A stretch of DNA of 59,745 nucleotides, the filler included, from Nemertoderma westbladi (Eukaryota; Animalia; Xenacoelomorpha): the NCBI GenBank assembly GCA_032718475.1. It is 3 parts of 3 records of this genome, joined end to end, with 100 filler letters (N's around TTAATTAATTAA, not from the genome) between each part and the next. Parts side by side here need not be neighbours in the genome. Positions count along the whole stretch, not along the records: positions 48,946 to 59,745 come from JAUCBJ010003528.1; 2 more parts are not named here. One strand, 5' to 3'. The translations under genes were made by a program, and so were the position numbers. The notes beneath the pieces are model-generated. The model ran no database searches, was not told where the DNA came from, and was given only the letters and a program-made list of their open reading frames with translations. The number at the start of each line of letters is the position of its first letter. Position 1 is the first letter of the stretch. Positions 59,113 to 59,745 of the stretch are shown piece after piece.

Positions 59113-59745
59113 AATGTAATAGACCTAAGTTATAGCCTATGTATCCAAGTAATCAGGTAGGCCTAATCCTATAAATTACAGTAAATTAATATTTTAAAAT
59201 AAATGTGATACAACTTTACCTTTAACCAAACGTTTACCAAACCTGTAATCTTCTTATATCCAATGTAATCTTTGTGAGCAATGTAATCTTTTGTAGCAAA
59301 TAATTCAATAGCCAATATCGCGCACCTAATTTCACCGGTAAATTACATAAGTAATAAACCAATAATGATTTTAAGGCTGTCGATTTCGAACCAATATTGG
59401 TTACAAAGCTTCCCGCCTGGTTCCATTTCCTTGTGTTTCCAAGACTCCAGCCAATCAACGGCTGCTCCCTCAAACAAACGTTTTAGATTAGGCTAACCCT
59501 TCTTGGCTATTCAATACATTTGATTGGATATGACAACCACAGCCCTACCTGTTACTTTTCCAAGAAAACCTTTCCCCCGGTTGTACTAGCTGCGATTCAT
59601 GCACGCACAGCCTAAAGATAAAGGGGACGTTATCTTACAGGTTCATTAGAATGACGTTGGAGGGACGACGAATACAGTTCGTGTAGAGACAGATAGGTGG
59701 CGTTGGTCTACGATACAATACCGGTATGGAACCTGGTAAACTAGT

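Overview
AT-rich eukaryotic DNA, most likely from an invertebrate animal. It is made almost entirely of nested transposable elements, and I found no intact host gene. Two 100-bp N44-TTAATTAATTAA-N44 assembly linkers (17508-17607, 48846-48945) split it into three contigs, so adjacency across them is unproven. Main contents: (i) a large BEL/Pao LTR-retrotransposon family in several pieces, with LTR start TGTAAAAGCTT at four sites, a ~3.5-kb non-coding LTR/leader, a Gag with a ~790-aa N-terminal extension, an integrase remnant, and downstream of it a ~700-codon unknown ORF that becomes continuous once a TSD-flanked solo LTR is removed; (ii) an intact 1447-aa Ty3/Gypsy (Mag-like) gag-pol with its 3' LTR; (iii) three RTE-type LINE copies and other LINE remnants; (iv) two Penelope-like remnants with hammerhead ribozyme motifs, one a perfect 254-bp palindrome with a 13-bp TSD; (v) non-autonomous DNA transposons (MULE-like, piggyBac-like, ISL2EU-like with a YqaJ nuclease remnant, TA-flanked TIR/foldback elements, a Helentron-like tandem); (vi) pseudogene fragments (pogo-like transposase, HECT, DUF6729-like). 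All calls come from reading by eye. Family assignments rest on recalled motifs, not database searches.
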